DNA of 64,000 bases from the NCBI GenBank assembly GCA_001769125.1, contig MEOG01000132.1, positions 11,628 to 75,627 on the forward strand, read 5' to 3'. Under the pieces are notes generated by a model. The model did no database searches and was not told the origin of the DNA. It was given only the letters and a program-made list of their open reading frames with translations. The stretch is from Bacteroidetes bacterium GWF2_35_48. GTDB lineage: Bacteria; Bacteroidota; Bacteroidia; Bacteroidales; GWF2-35-48. This document shows positions 62,140 to 64,000 of this stretch, in pieces (the stretch's first letter is position 1; every line of letters begins with the position of its first letter). The position numbers were made by a program, and so were the translations under genes.

Positions 62140-63324
62140 ATGCAAACAAATTTTAAAATACTAATTCTTTTTTTGTTAATCCCTTTTGCATTAAAATCTC
62201 AAAACGACGAAGGGTATAAATTTAAAATTCAGAAACAGATAAAAACCACACCTGTTAAAGACCAATACCGCTCGAGTACATGCTGGAGCTTTTCTTCACT
62301 TGCCATGCTTGAGTCGGAATTGCTTCGTTTGGGAAAAGAAGAAATTGATTTATCTGAAATGTTTGTTGTGAGGCACATATTTGAAGCCAAAGCAGAGATG
62401 TACGTGCGCATGCAGGGGAATATAACTTTTGGCGGAGGCGGTCAGTTTCATGATGTGATGAATGTAATCAAAAAATACGGAATGGTACCAGAGGAAGCGT
62501 ATCCGGGACTGAATTACGGAGAAGAAAAACATGTGCATGCAGAAATAGACGCTGTGCTCAAAGGAATGCTCGATCAGGTTATAAAAAATGAAAATAAAAA
62601 ATTATCTCCCGCTTGGAAAAATGCTGTAACCGGTGTATTAGACGCATATTTCGGAAAACTACCGGAAAGTTTTTCATACAAAGGAAAAAATTATACGCCT
62701 GTTAGTTTTGCAAAAAATATGATAGGAATTAATATTGATGATTATGTAGAAATATCCTCGTTTACACACCATCCTTTTTACGAAAAATTTGCTATTGAAC
62801 TTCCCGATAACTGGTCAATGGGCTCTGTTTACAATGTACCAATTGAAGAAATGGGGCAGATAATAGATAATTCCATCAACAATGGCTACACTATTGGCTG
62901 GGGAAGCGATATAAGCGAAAAAGGCTTTTCGTGGAAAAACGGAGTTGCCATTGTACCAGACAGGGAAAAAGCAGAACTCGCCGGACTTGAGCAGGCAAAA
63001 TGGGACAAAACTTTTAACAAATCTGACGACTTTTTATACACCTTTAAAAATCCCATTCCTGAAAAAAAAATCACACAGGAATTAAGGCAGGAAGCATTTG
63101 ATAACTATCAGACACAAGACGACCACGGGATTCAGATTTGCGGAATTGCAAAAGACCAGACCGGCGCAAAATTCTATTATGTAAAAAACTCTTGGGGCTT
63201 CGGCTCAAATGGGTACGATGGCTACTTTTATGCATCTGAAGCTTATGTGCTTTACAAAACCTCCCTTATGATTGTAAACAAAAAAGGCATTCCGAAAAAT
63301 ATTGCGGATAAGTTGAAGTTGTAA
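62140..63324 (+). CDS. Exported C1-family cysteine aminopeptidase (PepC/bleomycin-hydrolase-like)
   Basis: Signal peptide. Catalytic Cys block DQYRSSTCWSFSSLAMLESE, His block DDHGIQICGIA, and VKNSWG. Confidence 0.85.
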   Translation: MQTNFKILILFLLIPFALKSQNDEGYKFKIQKQIKTTPVKDQYRSSTCWSFSSLAMLESELLRLGKEEIDLSEMFVVRHIFEAKAEMYVRMQGNITFGGGGQFHDVMNVIKKYGMVPEEAYPGLNYGEEKHVHAEIDAVLKGMLDQVIKNENKKLSPAWKNAVTGVLDAYFGKLPESFSYKGKNYTPVSFAKNMIGINIDDYVEISSFTHHPFYEKFAIELPDNWSMGSVYNVPIEEMGQIIDNSINNGYTIGWGSDISEKGFSWKNGVAIVPDREKAELAGLEQAKWDKTFNKSDDFLYTFKNPIPEKKITQELRQEAFDNYQTQDDHGIQICGIAKDQTGAKFYYVKNSWGFGSNGYDGYFYASEAYVLYKTSLMIVNKKGIPKNIADKLKL

Positions 63325-63330
63325 AAAAAA

Positions 63331-63374
63331 ACGGTAATGTATGGACGATGCATGCATCGTCCATACATTACCGT
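63331..63374. repeat. Palindromic hairpin family 'P-short', copy 2: 44-nt perfect palindrome between convergent genes (bidirectional terminator candidate)
   Basis: acggtaatgtatggacgatgca|tgcatcgtccatacattaccgt. Relative to copy 1 the a:t pair in taagga/tcctta is swapped to t:a (tatgga/tccata), which keeps the pairing. It overlaps the last codon and stop of the response regulator. Confidence 0.8.
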
Positions 63375-63742
63375 ACTAATCGCTGTACTTTTTCTAAAAG
63401 GATTGAATTAATGAAAGGTTTGGTAACATAATCTTTTGCGCCTTTTTCGGTAGCTTTTGTTATATGTTCATATTCTGTAAGTGCAGAAACCACAATAACC
63501 GGTATAGTCGAAAAACGTGAATCTTCGTGCATAAAATCAAGAACCTGAAAGCCGTCTATTCCGGGCATAAGCAAGTCGAGTAAAACAAGGTCTATTTTTT
63601 CAGAAGACAATTTTTCAATAGCCTCAAATCCTCCATAAACAGGAATCACGTTAAACTTCGCGTTCTCTAAAATTGCCTGAAGCACCTGAACATTGAAAAA
63701 ATCATCGTCTACGACAAGAACTGTTAAATTGCTTGTATCCAT
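63368..63742 (-). CDS. Single-domain CheY-like response regulator
   Basis: VLVVDDD, DLVLLDLLMPGIDGF, PVIVVSAL, GAKDYVTKPF. All canonical receiver motifs in 124 aa. Confidence 0.9.
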   Translation of the reverse strand: MDTSNLTVLVVDDDFFNVQVLQAILENAKFNVIPVYGGFEAIEKLSSEKIDLVLLDLLMPGIDGFQVLDFMHEDSRFSTIPVIVVSALTEYEHITKATEKGAKDYVTKPFINSILLEKVQRLVR

Positions 63743-63800
63743 AAGTTGAATAAGATTAACCGTAGCAAAAATAAAAAATAATTTTTTAATAACAAATTAC

Positions 63801-63826
63801 AAAAAAGCGGGGTTTCCCGCTTTTTT
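63801..63826. terminator. Bidirectional rho-independent terminator
   Basis: aaaaaa-gcggg-gttt-cccgc-tttttt, directly downstream of the minus-strand stop at 63828-63830. Confidence 0.7.
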
Positions 63827-63827
63827 G

Positions 63828-64000
63828 TTAAATCCATTTTAATATTGAAAAATCCTGCCTGTGCGGCAAGAGGCTGTTTTTCGGAAAAATTCTGAATGCA
63901 AAATCAAATACGCCGGCACTAGTTATAGGAATTTCACAATAATAAGTTACAAAATTATTTTCATCAGAAATCATTTTCATTTCTTCTTTATAAATAATTC
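63828..64000 (-). CDS. 3' end of a gene entering from beyond the window; tentatively the C-terminus of an alpha-glucan phosphorylase family protein
   Basis: Manual minus-strand translation gives ...IIYKEEMKMISDENNFVTYYCEIPITSAGVFDFAFRIFPKNSLLPHRQDFSILKWI*. The G.F.F.FRI.P....LPHRQDF...KW ending resembles, from memory, the C-terminus of DUF3417-type alpha-glucan phosphorylases. Confidence 0.35.
   Translation of the reverse strand, partial: IIYKEEMKMISDENNFVTYYCEIPITSAGVFDFAFRIFPKNSLLPHRQDFSILKWI

Noticed and set aside
1-64000. Search for tRNA, rRNA, tmRNA, riboswitches upstream of metF/metG, and cas/integrase/RT genes
   Set aside because: No GTTCGAATC-type T-arm, rRNA-like conserved blocks, or SAM/T-box-like leaders were recognised by eye. 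This is a manual scan, so tRNAscan-SE and Infernal/Rfam should be run to confirm absence.

Overview
AT-rich chromosomal segment that looks like a Bacteroidota bacterium. The evidence is four ORFs with T9SS C-terminal sorting domains, several TAnnTTTG -7 promoter boxes, a FISUMP lipoprotein and TPR/PAS-SpoIIE sensors. I count about 45 protein genes. Housekeeping genes are pruA, holB, metF, glnS, miaB, arfB, metG, sppA, pyrI and an LD-carboxypeptidase. They are interleaved with accessory surface, secretion and signalling genes. I recognised no rRNA, tRNA, CRISPR array, cas gene, integrase or reverse transcriptase by eye. The only transposable element is an internally deleted IS630 derivative (9893-10678). 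Points I consider most worth a second look: (1) A split cheR-cheR-cheB methylation module with no CheA, CheW or MCP. It overlaps stop-to-stop with a membrane PAS-PAS-PP2C sensor. That sensor's Glu/Gln-rich heptad linkers recur in two tandem TPR-PP2C paralogues elsewhere in the window. (2) An ~11.5 kb minus-strand block of exported proteins (29.2-40.8 kb). It encodes a TldD/PmbA-like pair, an OM barrel, a FISUMP lipoprotein, a PGRP-type amidase-Ig-T9SS protein and an S74 tail-fibre-like protein. It also carries an atypical receiver and an XRE regulator. The block is bracketed by ~90 bp direct repeats derived from the arfB 3' end, and one copy now forms the N-terminus of an OmpA-family protein. 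(3) A duplicated ~70 nt leader-plus-start-codon cassette in front of the amidase and tail-fibre genes. (4) Several families of structured intergenic repeats. They include 120-165 bp palindromic elements abutting stop codons and a perfect-palindrome hairpin family, both showing compensatory base changes. (5) Unusual architectures: a KamA radical-SAM protein with a ~190 aa N-terminal extension and a KAS III-SDR fusion. All functional calls come from motif recognition by eye, and none has been checked against a database.
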